Of a DNA stretch of 64,000 nt, positions 25,501 through 38,620 are shown piece after piece. Made by a program: the position numbers and the translations under genes. The notes beneath the pieces are model-generated. The model was not told where the DNA came from, made no database searches, and was given only the letters and a program-made list of their open reading frames with translations. Numbering within the stretch: position 1 is the stretch's first letter; every line of letters starts with the position of its first letter. This stretch comes from Stegostoma tigrinum. Lineage: Eukaryota. Where the stretch lies: contig NC_081397.1 in NCBI RefSeq assembly GCF_030684315.1, positions 9,610,001 through 9,674,000 on the forward strand, in the 5' to 3' direction.

Positions 25501-25700
25501 GTGGTGTGTGAATGGGTTGAATGCCAAAAGAAGTGCTGGAGGCTCTTACAACTACAACGTTTTAAAGGCATGTGGATGAGTATATGAATAGGAAGTGTTT
25601 CGTGGGATATGGACCAAATGCTAGTAAATGGAACTAGATTAATCTCGGATATGTGCTCTCCATGGACGAGGTGGACCCTGTACATCTCTCGGACTGTATG
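22555..25700. mobile_element. Nested CR1 LINE fragments in both orientations
   Basis: [25 protein letters not shown] on + (22555-23600), GKSCLANL..DVIYL and FADD on - (23600-25340), and a + tail at 25340-25700. Confidence 0.88.
24522..24894. mobile_element. Penelope-derived insertion with inverted terminal repeat and 13-bp TSD, inside CR1
   Basis: TSD ATGCTTTTATTCT at 24509-24521 and 24895-24907. Inverted arms at ~24595-24626 and 24861-24893. Core CTGATCA-AGGGTCTCGGCCC-GAAAC-GTC at 24762-24789. Confidence 0.85.
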
Positions 25701-26107
25701 ACGGGGACTGATTTATGAGAGAATAATCATCATTCATACTGCCTAAACAGACAGGGACAGATCGAGAACTGCACTCCCATTCTCATAATGCAGAGACTGA
25801 CAGATATTCGGCAAAGTGTCCCTCAATAAACCCGAATGTCTGAACAATACAATCCTGCCCACAGCCTAATAAGGAAATCTCAGCTAGTGATGAAACAAGG
25901 TAACATTTCACTCACAAAAGATTACTATGAGCAGAATAAAACACCCTGTCACAATTAAAATCTCGGAGGTAGTGTTCAAAATGTTAGTGGATGACAGGAA
26001 CAAGTTCAACTGCAAGGAGCTAGGAATTTGGTCCGTGTACAAAATTTCGGTTTGTGTTTCACATTTCGTTGTAGATCCGAACAGATCCACTTTGTGTTTC
26101 ACACTAA

Positions 26108-26220
26108 CCAATCACAGAAAGGCTAATCGCATGGTCTGACATTCTTGTAAACTACCCAATCAGAAACAAGACTTTTCCCCCATCCCTCATGAGCATTGCT
26201 GACGCGGTCAGGCTATAAAA
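26108..26220 (+). promoter_or_regulatory. H2B promoter: two CCAAT boxes, degenerate octamer, TATA
   Basis: CCAAT at 26108 and 26156, CTCATGAGCAT at 26186-26196 in the usual CTCATTTGCAT position, TATAAAA at 26214-26220. Confidence 0.8.
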
Positions 26221-26271
26221 AGCGAGCTCCGAGCCTGCTTCCGTTTATTGTATCTGAAAGCGACCGACACG

Positions 26272-26652
26272 ATGCCGGATGAGAAGAAAGCGCAGGCAAC
26301 TTCGAAGAAGGGCGCCAAGAAAATCATCAAGAAGGCGCCGGGGAAAGGCGGCAAGACAAAGAAACGATCCAGGAAAGAAAGTTACGCCATCTACATCTAT
26401 AAAGTGATGAAGCAGGTTCACCCCGACACCGGCATCTCCTCCAAGGCGATGAGCATCATGAACTCGTTCGTCAAGGATATTTTCGAGCGTATCGCGGGGG
26501 AGGCTTCCCGCCTGGCCCATTACAACAAGCGCAGCACCATCAGCTCCCGGGAGATCCAGACCGCGGTGCGGCTGCTGCTGCCCGGGGAGCTGGCCAAGCA
26601 CGCCGTGTCGGAGGGTACAAAGGCGGTGACCAAGTACACCAGCTCCAAGTGA
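26272..26652 (+). CDS. H2B: Histone H2B (126 aa)
   Basis: MPDEKK...[27 protein letters not shown]...AVTKYTSSK; the true ATG is at 26272. Confidence 0.98.
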   Translation: MPDEKKAQATSKKGAKKIIKKAPGKGGKTKKRSRKESYAIYIYKVMKQVHPDTGISSKAMSIMNSFVKDIFERIAGEASRLAHYNKRSTISSREIQTAVRLLLPGELAKHAVSEGTKAVTKYTSSK

Positions 26653-26693
26653 GACCCCACATTGTGCTGAGAAAAACACATCCAAAACCCAAC

Positions 26694-26709
26694 GGCTCTT
26701 TTCAGAGCC
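26694..26709 (+). terminator. H2B histone stem-loop
   Basis: GGCTCTTTTCAGAGCC followed by ACCCA. Confidence 0.97.
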
Positions 26710-27039
26710 ACCCACAATTTCAATGAAGCAGTTGAACCATTTTTCGTTTGTAAATGATTCTCGGTATCTATAATTAATGTCTCTAATCTTTATCTTTGTT
26801 TACACAAACGTTCTAAACATTACCGTGCGGTCCCTGTCCCTCTGTCGGTTAGTTTCGGTTGCCTTCCGACCCAGTCTCTCCTCCCTCCCTGTACAGAAAG
26901 CACATTCATCGTCAGTCAGTCATTTTTTTTTCAACAACTCCTATGTGTTCCAGTTATTATTTACCCCTTGATCAGGAATTTCACCCCCTGGAAAGAAAAC
27001 TAACTGCTCGAGTCCCACGAACAGATGTTGGGGGATACT

Positions 27040-28370
27040 TGTCATTGAGGATTTCAGCTGTCGGTGAGAGGCTTTCAAAATGAGCTGAGATAAAGCCAGA
27101 GCCAGGATTGCAGTCGCAAGTGTGAAACTGTGTTCAAGGACAATATGGGAGGGCAACTTCAAACTATTGTTTCAAGTTTTAACCCGTTCACCCCGAAAAA
27201 CGTTGTGTAAGTTTTTATAAATACATCAGCGTGCACTTGTAATGTGAAATTGAATTAAATTCAAAGAAAAATTAAACTGTTTATTCCTCTTTGTGAAACT
27301 TTTCCCGCTATATCCTACATGTTGGAGGGTTTTTCAAATTTGTCCCAATGGGGGTATGAACGCTGGATTTCACCCGTGGCAAGGAAAAATTATGATCTCT
27401 TATTTGAGTCCCATTAAGAGAAATTCCGCGCGATTCCTTTTTCAATTTCCAAATCTGTCAGGGAATTTATCCGATTTTTTTTTTCAGTTTGCAGTGTGTG
27501 GGGCTTTCTGCTGTCGGTGAGAGGCTTTCAAAATAAACCGAGACCGTCCGGAAAGACTGATCCAGCACAATAACTGAGGGCTATTTTACAATGTTTTCTG
27601 AAAACGGTGTTGCTTAGGGAGTGACAGAGAGAGATTATGTGAAGTGAACATTTTTAACTGAAAGGAAATTAAATCGTAAGCATAAACGCAAAAATCCTTG
27701 TAAAACCTCTTCCTCGTATTGCCCATATTGGCGGGCTTTTCAAATCGGACAGAAAACGGTTGATGATTTGGCGCCGGTATTTTCCTACGGTTTCCACGCA
27801 GAGGAATTTTGTTTTATTTTCAAATCTCCCCGCGGGTTCTATCCGGTTTTGCAGAAAGCTATAAATGAGGCTTTCTGCGGTCGGCGGGAAAATTTCCAAG
27901 TGAACCGAGAGGAAAGCAGAACAGCTGCCGGACTGGCATCGCAGAAGTGGAAATATTGTTGATCTTGTGCAATAGGGAGAGCGATTGTAAAATATTGTTT
28001 AAAGCAGTATTGAGTTCAACGAGAAAGAAACAGTTGTGTGATACTTTGATTATTATATCCGGGTGTAGATGTGAATTAAATTCAATCTGTGCAGAGAATA
28101 ACTTTCGGCGGGCTTTTCATTCCCCCTTCCGCTTAATGTTAAGTTTTTTCGCGGGGTGGGGGGAATTCAAGATCAAAAATAGTTGGTTTCAACTAGGCCG
28201 GGAAATCAGAGAGAGATGGTGTGACGTATATAGGTGTATTCTAAAAGTAAGTTATCTGAAGTAAGAACGCATTCTTCTTTGTAAAACTTCTACCCATTTC
28301 GAAATTATTGGCGGGCTTCTCCAGTTTGAAAGAAAGCGGTTGATGATTTGGCGCCGGGATTTTCCGGCCT
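27040..28370 (+). repeat. Degenerate triplicated spacer segment rich in E2F-like sites
   Basis: Exact 25-mer GCTGTCGGTGAGAGGCTTTCAAAAT at 27057 and 27510 with a third diverged copy at ~27875. A ~60-bp ATTGGCGGGCTT...CGGTTGATGATTTGGCGCCGG block occurs at 27727 and 28307. Confidence 0.75.
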
Positions 28371-28378
28371 CTCTCCGG

Positions 28379-28938
<560 letters not shown>

Positions 28939-28966
28939 AGACACTTATTGAATCTGACAACCCAAA

Positions 28967-28982
28967 GGCTCTTTTCAGAGCC
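28967..28982 (+). terminator. H2A histone stem-loop
   Basis: GGCTCTTTTCAGAGCC-ACCCA, with purine-rich AAAGCAGCT at ~29000. Confidence 0.97.
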
Positions 28983-29683
28983 ACCCACAACATCAGTGAA
29001 AAGCAGCTAGACTTTCACTGCTGGTTAACTAATTTTCATTTTATGTGCAAACCCGGTCCTCTAAACGCGCAAACATAATCCCTTTTGCTCTCGCTTTAAC
29101 AGTGATAAAACTAGAACGGGACGAATAAAGTTGGAGGGTTTGCTGCAGGGACAGCGACTGCGACTTTAAATAGTGACTCAAAACGGTATCCCCATCCAGG
29201 GAACATGAGACATGGAATAGCTCGGCCCCAGAAAGATGCCATGCGAGACAGAACCGACCATCCTCAGAGGATCGAATACACTTGTGGGAGATTGGGCAAA
29301 ATTTCGATTGCATGGCCAAAACTACAAAAATCATTTGTTTAATGTGGCGGGTTTTGAAATTGGCGATTGTTTCCCACCCTCCTTCTCCGGCAAGTTCAGT
29401 TACAGCTGGGGAAACGCCACGGGAAGCAATTCCCACACAGGCGGTTCAATTGGAAATGTACCAATTATAAAGGGTGGAATGCAGTACTTGAATTTGTTGT
29501 GATTACTGAAAATTTATAAACCTGATCGTCCCGAGTTGCCTCGTCTTCAATATCAATTCGTGCATCCCAGACCCATTCATTTTCTGTAACTCCTGTTGCA
29601 TTGAGACATCAATAGCATGCTGTGTGTTGACATTAACTAAAGTCCAGTGCCTGACGATTGCTGCTCTCTCGGGACAGTTTAGT

Positions 29684-29699
29684 GGCTCTGAAAAGAGCC
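29684..29699 (-). terminator. H3 histone stem-loop
   Basis: GGCTCTTTTCAGAGCC on the minus strand, followed by HDE-like GAGAGAGCAG. Confidence 0.96.
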
Positions 29700-29743
29700 G
29701 TTGTGTTTCTCGGGGTGAATGTACAGGGCCGGGCACGCTCCGT

Positions 29744-30160
<417 letters not shown>

Positions 30161-30223
30161 TCAACTCTCTACAACACACACACAGGCTGCTGTTATCAAT
30201 GCTGATCGTGCTGCGGCGCTGCC

Positions 30224-30388
30224 TATTTAAGGGAATGGAGAGCCCGCCCTAGTGCTGGGATTGGATACAGTCCCGTCCCTCAAATCCCCGAGAAACAGCC
30301 ACTGAAGGACAGAAAAGGCAGTTAAATTATTATTGGAGGCTGATTGGTTAACTTGAAATGACAGTTGGTCAATTTCAAATCGCCCGCC
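30224..30388 (-). promoter_or_regulatory. H3 promoter: TATA-like, GC box, two CCAAT boxes, CDE/CHR
   Basis: TTAAATA at 30224-30230, GGGCGGG at 30243-30249, CCAAT at 30260-30264 and 30343-30347, GGCGG-GCGA-TTTGAA at 30374-30388. Confidence 0.75.
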
Positions 30389-31069
30389 GATTTCAGCCTG
30401 ACCTTACAAAATATTAAAAAGTCCCATGCGCCTGCGCCTAAGATTATATCTTATGCTTTACAAAATTTTCTTGTGAACCTAACTTGCAGTCAGCGCGGAG
30501 AGGGCTCTGAATCATTTCCTGACGCATCTCTAACAGGCAGGTGGAATGAACACGCCACTGAAACCTCGGCACGGCTACCAGAATCAAAACTGAACAAATT
30601 ATCATTCCTGGGAGCGTCAATGAAGTACAAACACTGTAATATGTATCATTAGCGCCTGGGCCCAAAATTACGGACAGAGCAAATTATTATTCATGGTCTG
30701 GACAGCTGGTGTTATTACTGATAGACTGGTATTCACATGGAAGAGAATCAAAGATTTAGGGTTGAGAAACAGATCAGCCATGGTCGCATGACGGAGCCGG
30801 CCGCTCCTTCTGTATCTGACATAACCAGCTGCAGAACCGTATCGTCTCGACTGGCCGTGAAACCTCTATCTGTAGTGTAGGGATATCTTGATTATAAAAC
30901 ACGTTACTGCAGACAGTATAATTTAACAATCGCGCTCTCTCTCTTGCAACGCGGGACACGAAGTTAATATATTTCCTGAAGGATTGATGCAAAATTAAAT
31001 GTCGCTGCACCAGCCCTATGTGCTGGTTCCCCATCCTCAGGTCTCCGCTCTCAATCGGAGTGTTTGGGT

Positions 31070-31085
31070 GGCTCTGAAAAGAGCC
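31070..31085 (-). terminator. H4 histone stem-loop
   Basis: GGCTCTTTTCAGAGCC-ACCCA on the minus strand. Confidence 0.97.
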
Positions 31086-31115
31086 TTTGGGTTCGCTGGA
31101 AAAGGGACGATTTGC

Positions 31116-31436
<321 letters not shown>

Positions 31437-31481
31437 TCACTGCAATCGCTGCTGACTGAGAGCGGAGCTGCCTCACCTTCC

Positions 31482-31516
31482 TTTTTTATACAGTCCGCCC
31501 CGACCTGACTGAGAAA
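31482..31516 (-). promoter_or_regulatory. H4 promoter: TATA, GC box and H4 subtype (HINFP/site II-like) element
   Basis: TTTCTCAGTCAGGTCGGGGCGGACTGTATAAAA resembles the vertebrate H4 element TTTTCAATCTGGTCCG immediately upstream of TATA. Confidence 0.65.
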
Positions 31517-32237
31517 GAGCTGACAGGGAGTGATGGGCGGCCCGGGCAGAAAACTGAGTGACAAACAGAGAAATGTCCAGCTCCGCCTCCAGCTTACTGC
31601 CGCCCCCAACTGGATCTGGAACTAAACCTTTTCTCCACAAGGGCAGTGAACACAAGGCCCGGCAGAAAACCTGCAGACTCAAACTTATGTTCAAAGATAA
31701 TAAAACCTGGATATTTTAAAAGCAAGATGACAAAGTGTGAAGCTGGATGAACACAGCAGGCCAAGCAGCATCTCAGGAGCACAAAAGCTGATATCACTGA
31801 TACAATTTTAAAAGCAGTTGTGAAACAATTAAAAGCCCATGTCCTGGCCTTTCTTTCAGAAGACAGCATGTCAGCTTCCATTTCACAGATAGCAGGAACT
31901 GCAGATGCTGTAGAATCCGACAAAGTCAGTTTCCATTGCTCCCGGTGAATCAGACAAAATCATTTCTTGGGGACTGTGTTGTGAAGCGGGGTTTCTGCGC
32001 CAGTGTTACTGTCTCCCTGAATATGTGAAATAGAAATGGACAGGAACTGAAACTGACATTTCCACAGCCATCATAACAAAGTGTGGGGCTGGATGAACAC
32101 AGCAGGCCAAGCAGCATCTTAGGAGCTCAAAAGCTGACATTTTGGGTCGAGACCCTTCATCCAGCCATTTCACTTTCCACAGCCATGTCACATTCCTCAA
32201 TGACTGCCTCTGGCTCAGGCTCACCCCACGTGGTTCA

Positions 32238-32663
32238 TTCTCAGGGTCAGTGCAACATGTCCAATTCTGTTCACTATCACTCACGTTAACCTATACAATA
32301 CCAGGTTCATTTCTTTGCTGCTTTCTTGGTAACTTCGGTTTTCAGCTTGGCCTTCGCTTCAGTGAGCGTTTCCAATGTTTTCAATTGTATTTGCTCCTCC
32401 TGCTCTGACAGTGAACAGTACAAAATCAATCCCAACCGGAAATCAGCTGTTCTCCACTAAACAGAGACACACAGATGGTGCAGTTTCTCAGCATGGGGGG
32501 TATGTAGCTAACCACTGTCAAGGTGAGTGTGTGCCCGGACGGACTTTCCGAGAGGAGAAGGAATAGTGATGACCCCACTGTAATACAGGAGGATTGTTCT
32601 CAGGGTCAGTGCAACATGTCCAATTCTGTTCACTATCACTCACGTTAACCTATACAATACCAG
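32238..32663 (+). repeat. Perfect 67-bp direct repeat (32238-32304 and 32597-32663)
   Basis: TTCTCAGGGTCAGTGCAACATG...CTATACAATACCAG is identical in both copies. Confidence 0.95.
32307..32360 (-). pseudogene. H1 C-terminal remnant (EAKAKLKTEVTKKAAKK*)
   Basis: 12/17 aa identical to the end of the intact H1, including the stop codon; no stem-loop and no globular domain. Confidence 0.85.
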
Positions 32664-33494
32664 AGAGATTTGGGATTGTAGTCGGGGGTTGTAGTGATAG
32701 AGCTTGCTGTTAGGGTGGATGGAGGCTATATCAAGTCTGATCAGTGTGTGAGTGTAAAACTGTGTCACAGAGTCGTGCAGTAAGGCATTCTTTGACTTGG
32801 GACTCAGCATCATTGTATCCTCCACTGTCAACATCCTGGGAGCTACCATGAAGGACAAATTGAACCGGACTCACCCGATAAATGCATTGGCTACAAGAAC
32901 AGGGCAAAGGCTATGGATACTGCAGCAAGTAACTTCCCTCCTGATTTCTCAAACCTGTCCAAAATCTCCAACATTCAAGTCAGGAGTGTAAAGGTTTCCC
33001 CTCTGTAGCCCCCATTACCTGTATTAGTGCAGCTCCAACTGCACACAGCAAGCAAGGTACTATCCACGAAAAGGCTGCTCCTGTTTAATTGGCACCACAT
33101 TCACAAACATCCACTCTCTCAAATATAAAATTAGATAGCACCTACCAAACCCACAACTACTTCCATCTTGAAAGACAGCAGCAGCAGGTTCATGGGAACT
33201 GCACGATCTGCAAGATCTTCTCCAAGACACTCACCATCCTGACTTGGAAGTATATTGGCCGTTCAGTCTGTGTCAATCCGTGAAAATCCTGCAATTCCCT
33301 TACTAATGGCAATGTGGGCCGACCTACAGCTCAGAGATTGCAACGGTTCAGGAAGGCAGTTCACTACCACCTTCTCACGGGCATTTCAGGAGGGTCAATC
33401 AATGCTCAGACCAGTCAGTGATGTCCACAGCTGGCATTTTTTTTCTTTGAAATGTCTGCATTATTCTTGCCCAGTTACAAGGACTGTCCAAATT

Positions 33495-34050
33495 CTCTTA
33501 AAACACCCAGTTGTGAAACAAAGCATAGACTGGGTAATCATTTTGCACAACATCTATGTTCTGCTTGCAAAAAAGACCTTGAACTTCCTGTTGCCTGCCA
33601 CTTTAATGCACCACCCCGTTTCCAGGCCAACATCTCTGTCTCTGTCTTGCTGTAGAGTTCCATTGAAGCTCAACACAAGCTAGAAGAACAATACCTCATC
33701 TTCCACTTGGGGACTCTGCAGCCCTCCAGACCCAGTATCGAGATCAATATTTTTTGGGCCTAACCTCTACCCCTCACAAGGCCTTGTTACCACATACCCT
33801 GCCATTATCCACCACCCACTAAGAGTTCCCAAAAACTACTATTCAACCTCCCAGTCTGATCGTTATCAACTCTGTCCAAATGTTCTTCTCTCTGTTAGGC
33901 TTTATCCTAACATTTATTCCAAACCCCATCACACTCTCCTTTTATCTGCATATAAACTGACGTTTTCCCAACCACCATCAAATCTGCGGAAAGGTCACTG
34001 GACCCAGAATGTTAATTTTGTTCCTTTTTCCTTCGAAGATGCTGCCACAC
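33495..34050 (+). mobile_element. Penelope-like 3' fragment
   Basis: ETKHRLGNHFAQHL...PVACHFN matches a GIY-YIG C-terminus; decayed hammerhead-like core at ~33984-34013. Confidence 0.7.
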
Positions 34051-34500
34051 ATAGAACCGCTCCAGGCCATTTGGCCCAACAAGTCCTCATCGCCCCCTGA
34101 TGAGCACCCTACCCAGACCTATTCCCCTACCCTTTATTTCTCATGTCTAATCCACCAAACCTGAACATCTCTGGGCACCACGGGCAATTTAGCACAGCCA
34201 ATCCACCTAGCTTGCACACCTTTGGACTGCGGGAGGAAACAGGAGCATTCAAAATTATGCTCAAACTTTTATTCTATATGAAAACAGTAAGGGAGGTGAC
34301 ATGAGCAGAACAAAACATTGGCACATAGTTCACAATTATGCGCTTTATCTGCAGCACGCTTCATAGAATCACCATAGAATCCCTACAATGTGGAAACAGA
34401 TACTTCAGCCCAACTAAAATTCCACACCGACCCACTGAAGAGCATCCCCTCCCAGACCCATCGCACCGCCTTTTCCCTGCAACCCTGCATTTCCCTTTGT
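34050..34500 (-). mobile_element. HE1-like SINE fragments
   Basis: GCAATTTAGCAC.GCCAATCCACCTA..TGCACA..TTTGGACTG body and CATAGAATCCCTAC tail shared with 48915-49200. Confidence 0.65.
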
Positions 34501-34518
34501 CACACACAACCCAGAGGA

Positions 34519-34585
34519 GCGCATGCGTGAGGCCCTCCCCCAGCGCTGCCATTGACTCAGTGAGTGGAAGAGGTTTGTTTGAAAC
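34519..34585 (+). promoter_or_regulatory. Unit E promoter motifs (NRF1-like, AP-1, CHR-like)
   Basis: GCGCATGCGT at 34519-34528, TGACTCA at 34553-34559, TTTGAA at 34578-34583. Confidence 0.55.
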
Positions 34586-34593
34586 AGGCCGCA

Positions 34594-34657
34594 ATGGAGA
34601 GACCAGCGCCCAGGGGAGCAAGGGAACAGCAGGCTCCTTCCAGCAGCGCATCGAGAT
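34594..34657 (+). CDS. Candidate coding exon 1, unit E (MERPAPRGAREQQAPSSSASR)
   Basis: Kozak ATG and GAT|GTGAGT donor; 2 nt differences from unit B. Confidence 0.55.
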
Positions 34658-35390
34658 GTGAGTCTGGGGCACAGAGGGGGCTCCGAGACCGGCATTGATT
34701 CGGGCTCAGTTCAGGGAGAACCGGGGGCTGTTGGTAAGAGGCGGAGCGGAGCAGGAACTGGTCCCGGAACTTGGAGTGAGCGGCCTGGAGGCGGGAGAGA
34801 GAGGCCTTTCTCGGGCTGTGTGTGGGCCTGCGGAGGGAGACACAGCGGCAAGAAGCTGCTGTGGGGTCAGTCTTGTGCTGTTCATCCTCTAAACTGGGAT
34901 GGAAATTCGTTGTTCGGCTTCAGTTTCGCGCTGTTTTTGGACATAGTGCCGTGAACAGTGGAAACACAGACTAGAGGCATGTTATCACCCTGAAAAGGAC
35001 AGGTATTTGAGTCCCCAGGTTACATTTCTCACCTGAAACATTTAAAATAGCGCCCTTTGTTCTTCCTTTTCACAGGTAGTGTGTTGTGAGCTGGATATTG
35101 AACTGTGTATGCATGCCTGTTTCTTCGGATAGCCCCATGTATGAAAGTACAGTTGTTGCTCAGTTTCTGATTCTCACTCAGTTGATTTCGAATTATTTCA
35201 GGAAAAAAAAGTACCATGAGAATTCCCAGAAAAGGAGCAGATCTGGAGAACAGGGAATAAAGCCTCTGGTTCTGTTCATTTTGCTCGTTTTCTTCTTTTA
35301 AAAACAAACTCACGTCCCAATGATTATGAACTTGATGTTATGTTGATTAGTTCCATACGGCCAGACTTTCTGTATATTGACTTCCTCCAG

Positions 35391-35472
35391 GCAAATACTT
35401 GAAGGACCAGGATGATGTTGTATTTCCTCGGTACAAAGCCAAATCTGACCAGTTACTGCTAACAATCAGCAG
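35391..35472 (+). CDS. Candidate exon 2, unit E (82 nt; (C)KYLKDQDDVVFPRYKAKSDQLLLTIS)
   Basis: cttcctccag acceptor and CAG|gtatgt donor; in frame with exon 1 E across a 733-nt intron. Confidence 0.55.
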
Positions 35473-36949
35473 GTATGTAGCCCACTGACGTTGACACAAG
35501 TTTTGAAGATGGATAGACTGATTGGTCATCCGAAATAGACACTCAGGAACAGCATTAAATCTGCATTTTATAAGGGCATTTTCAAAGTTACAATCAAGAC
35601 AAACAATAGATCATGCTGTAACATAGTTTCAACAGCCATACCTCAGTGAGATGTTAAGTACAGAAATGGGAAGAACCCGTGCAACAAGAGTTACTAAAGT
35701 GGATGAAACATGTTTATATGAAGTTTATCAGTGACTGAGAAGGACAGAATTAATCCTTTGAATAATTCTCTCCTCCTCTCACTCTCACACACACACACAC
35801 TCTGACTGACTGAAGGTGTATGTTACAATGTGGAACAACTAAATTGTTTTGTGTTCACTGCAAATCATAGAAAATGATAGACTCAAAATGATCTCCACTA
35901 ACACCCTCAAGTTACAGAACTCTGCAGCACAAGAGAAAGGCCCGTCAGCCCATTGCGTCTGCACCTTTTTTTTCAATGAACAACTTTTAAAATCCCAATC
36001 AGCCAGCATTCTATTTCCATGAATGTATTGAGGCTGAAGAGGAACTGCTATCCTCACCCTTATCATTTCTTCACCTTACAGGAGTTAATATTTCTTTTTT
36101 TTTCTTCAGTCTGGCAAGAAACATTGTGTATCTCTTTGAATTTTTTGTTTCAATTTTCTACAAAGGGCTTGATGTTCATGTCAACCTTCCCTGCAGCACA
36201 ATCATGTTAGTCCTCATGGTACGGACAAATGTCAGTGTAATATTAATCCCTCAGTCATACAGAGTCAGTGAATATCTACTGTACCTGAGATGGTTGCAGA
36301 CATCACGAAGCTAGCACTGCAGCTATTCGCAGGCTGATAACTGGAGAACTAATGTCAAATTGGCACTAACAGACACTGGCAGTGAGTGGAAGAAGTTCAC
36401 AATTCCAACAATTACTGGAAACTAGTGTGCAGAATGTAATGTCCCAGTGCAAGCACAGTGGGCTGAATGGTCTGCTTCCACGCTGCACCTCATCTTGATT
36501 CTCATCCTGGTGATGAAGTAAATGATATTCTGTTGTATAGAGTATTAGTTTAAAAATGTAACATAGAAATAGCCAGACAGGAGCAAAACAAAATTTTTAA
36601 GAAAGAGCACTAACGATCTCCAATACAAAAAAAAATGAATCTAAATGTCTCATTGATACTACTGAAACCTGAAAAAACAAATCCCGTACTGAGACAGAGA
36701 ATCAGCATATGATACAATCGGTATATAAAACCCACACTCAGCACATAAACAGTAAATTGTTTTGTTGATTCAGAATGGTTCTCAGAGGAAACCAGCCCCA
36801 TTTATATGACCCCTCCTAGATCCTGCCAACTGATAACGAACTAAGAAGTCTCAAAATGCCGAAGAGATTAAAATCCAGTCTCAACGCCCTATTAGCTATG
36901 TCAGAATGTGTTGCATATTCACAGAGAATATTACTGGCTGCAAGAGAAT

Positions 36950-38620
36950 CAAGGCACATTGATACACAACAGTAGAAACTGACAGATACGGATTGATACC
37001 TACACTGACTCATTCACATTCCAGAAACACACAAAAGAAAATTGATGATGAAACACATATTCACATTCAAATAACAGAAACTGACAGGCATGGACTGATA
37101 ATTTGACTTGGCCATTCACACAGCAAAATCTGACTGGAGAGATGGGGAAATGCAGCCTAACATTTATGTTGCAGATACTGACAGCAAGAATAATGTTGTT
37201 AGACACAAATTCACAGAATAAAAACTGACTGTTACACATTGATAAATGCATTTGCCTATTCAAAGCCAGAAACTTATAGGTGGAAATTGATGGGTAAAAT
37301 CACACATTCCCAAAGCAGAATTATTGTTTCTAACAGTCTTGGTTTCAAATAACTGATGGGGGACAGATTGGTAACTTAACTCACCGATGCACAGAGCAGA
37401 AACTGACAGGCATAGACCAATAACTACACTCATCTGCTGCCGTAGGTACTGATTGACAATGACATTTACATATTCACACAGAAGAAACTGACAGGTATTC
37501 ACTGATAACTAAACTCATATATTGACATAACAGAAACTGCAAGTGATAGACTGAGAATTACACAAACATATTCACCAAGCAGAGGCTGAAAGTGTACAGA
37601 TTGATAACTACACAACTGTATTCACACAGCAGTCTGAGAGGGATAGACTGAATGTTAAACTCACATGGACAGAACAGAAACTGACAGGCAGAAATCAGCA
37701 GTGAAACTCTCATTCTTTTAGCTGAAACTGACAGGTAGAGATTAATAACTAAATCCTCACATTCACAAACCAGAAACTGGTAGGGGCAGAATAATAATGA
37801 CATTGACATATGCACATAACAGAAAGTGATATGGACAGAATAAAAATATCACTCCCAGGCTCATTTGACATCATCTGAACAGTACGTTTGAACCACTAAA
37901 TTCATTTTCACAGAAAAGTGTTTGCCAATTAAATATTGATAACTTTATTCCCAGATTGACAGAGCAGAAACTGATAGGCATAGATTGATCACTGAACTCA
38001 TATTCAAAGAGCAGAACCTGACAGGTACAGATCCATAACAGCACTCACATATTAACATATCAATTGCTATCTGTTAGTTCCAGCTAACATCATTCACATA
38101 TTGACAAAGAAGTAACTGACAGATAAAAATAGACAACTATATTTATATATTCCCAGACCTGAAACTGGCAGGGACAGAGTGGTAAATACACTCATGCATT
38201 CACATATCAGACTGACAGGGACAAATTTAAAACACTATTTCACAGAGCACAAGTACAAGAATAGATTGATCACAGCAGTCATGCATTCACATCGCAGGAC
38301 CTAACAGGTAAGGATTGATAATTATACTCATGTTTTGAAGTAGCAGATGCTTACAGCTAGAGATTAATTACTGCACTCTCATATGCACAGTACACAAACT
38401 GACAGATAACTGATAACTGCACTCAAAATTTCACATGGCAGAAACTAATATAAACAGATTGATAAATAAGCTCATATTTATATCGCAGAAATAGGCAGTG
38501 ACTAACTACTTCTGTGTGAATATGTAAACATATTTATCAGTCAGTCTCCGTCAGTTTCTACAATGTGGATATATCAGTTTAGTTATCAGTCTATAGTTGT
38601 CAGTTTCTGTGATGTGAATG
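36950..38620 (+). repeat. Longest 49-bp degenerate tandem array (last ~110 bp inverted)
   Basis: AAACTGACAG-like anchors at 37078, 37127, 37175, 37222 and onward. Confidence 0.85.

Noticed and set aside
36070-36314. Exon 3 of the unknown module at the shared TTCACCTT.CAG acceptor-like site (also ~43258 and ~1295 minus)
   Set aside because: The reading frame is not conserved between copies and the 43258 copy hits an early stop; more likely shared intronic homology.
36950-38500. 49-bp repeat as C2H2 zinc-finger array, RAG recombination signals or a CRISPR-like array
   Set aside because: The period is 49 (not 84, not a multiple of 3) and there is no ORF. CACAGAG has no good nonamer at 12 or 23 bp. 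Units are degenerate tandem copies without unique spacers, in eukaryotic DNA.
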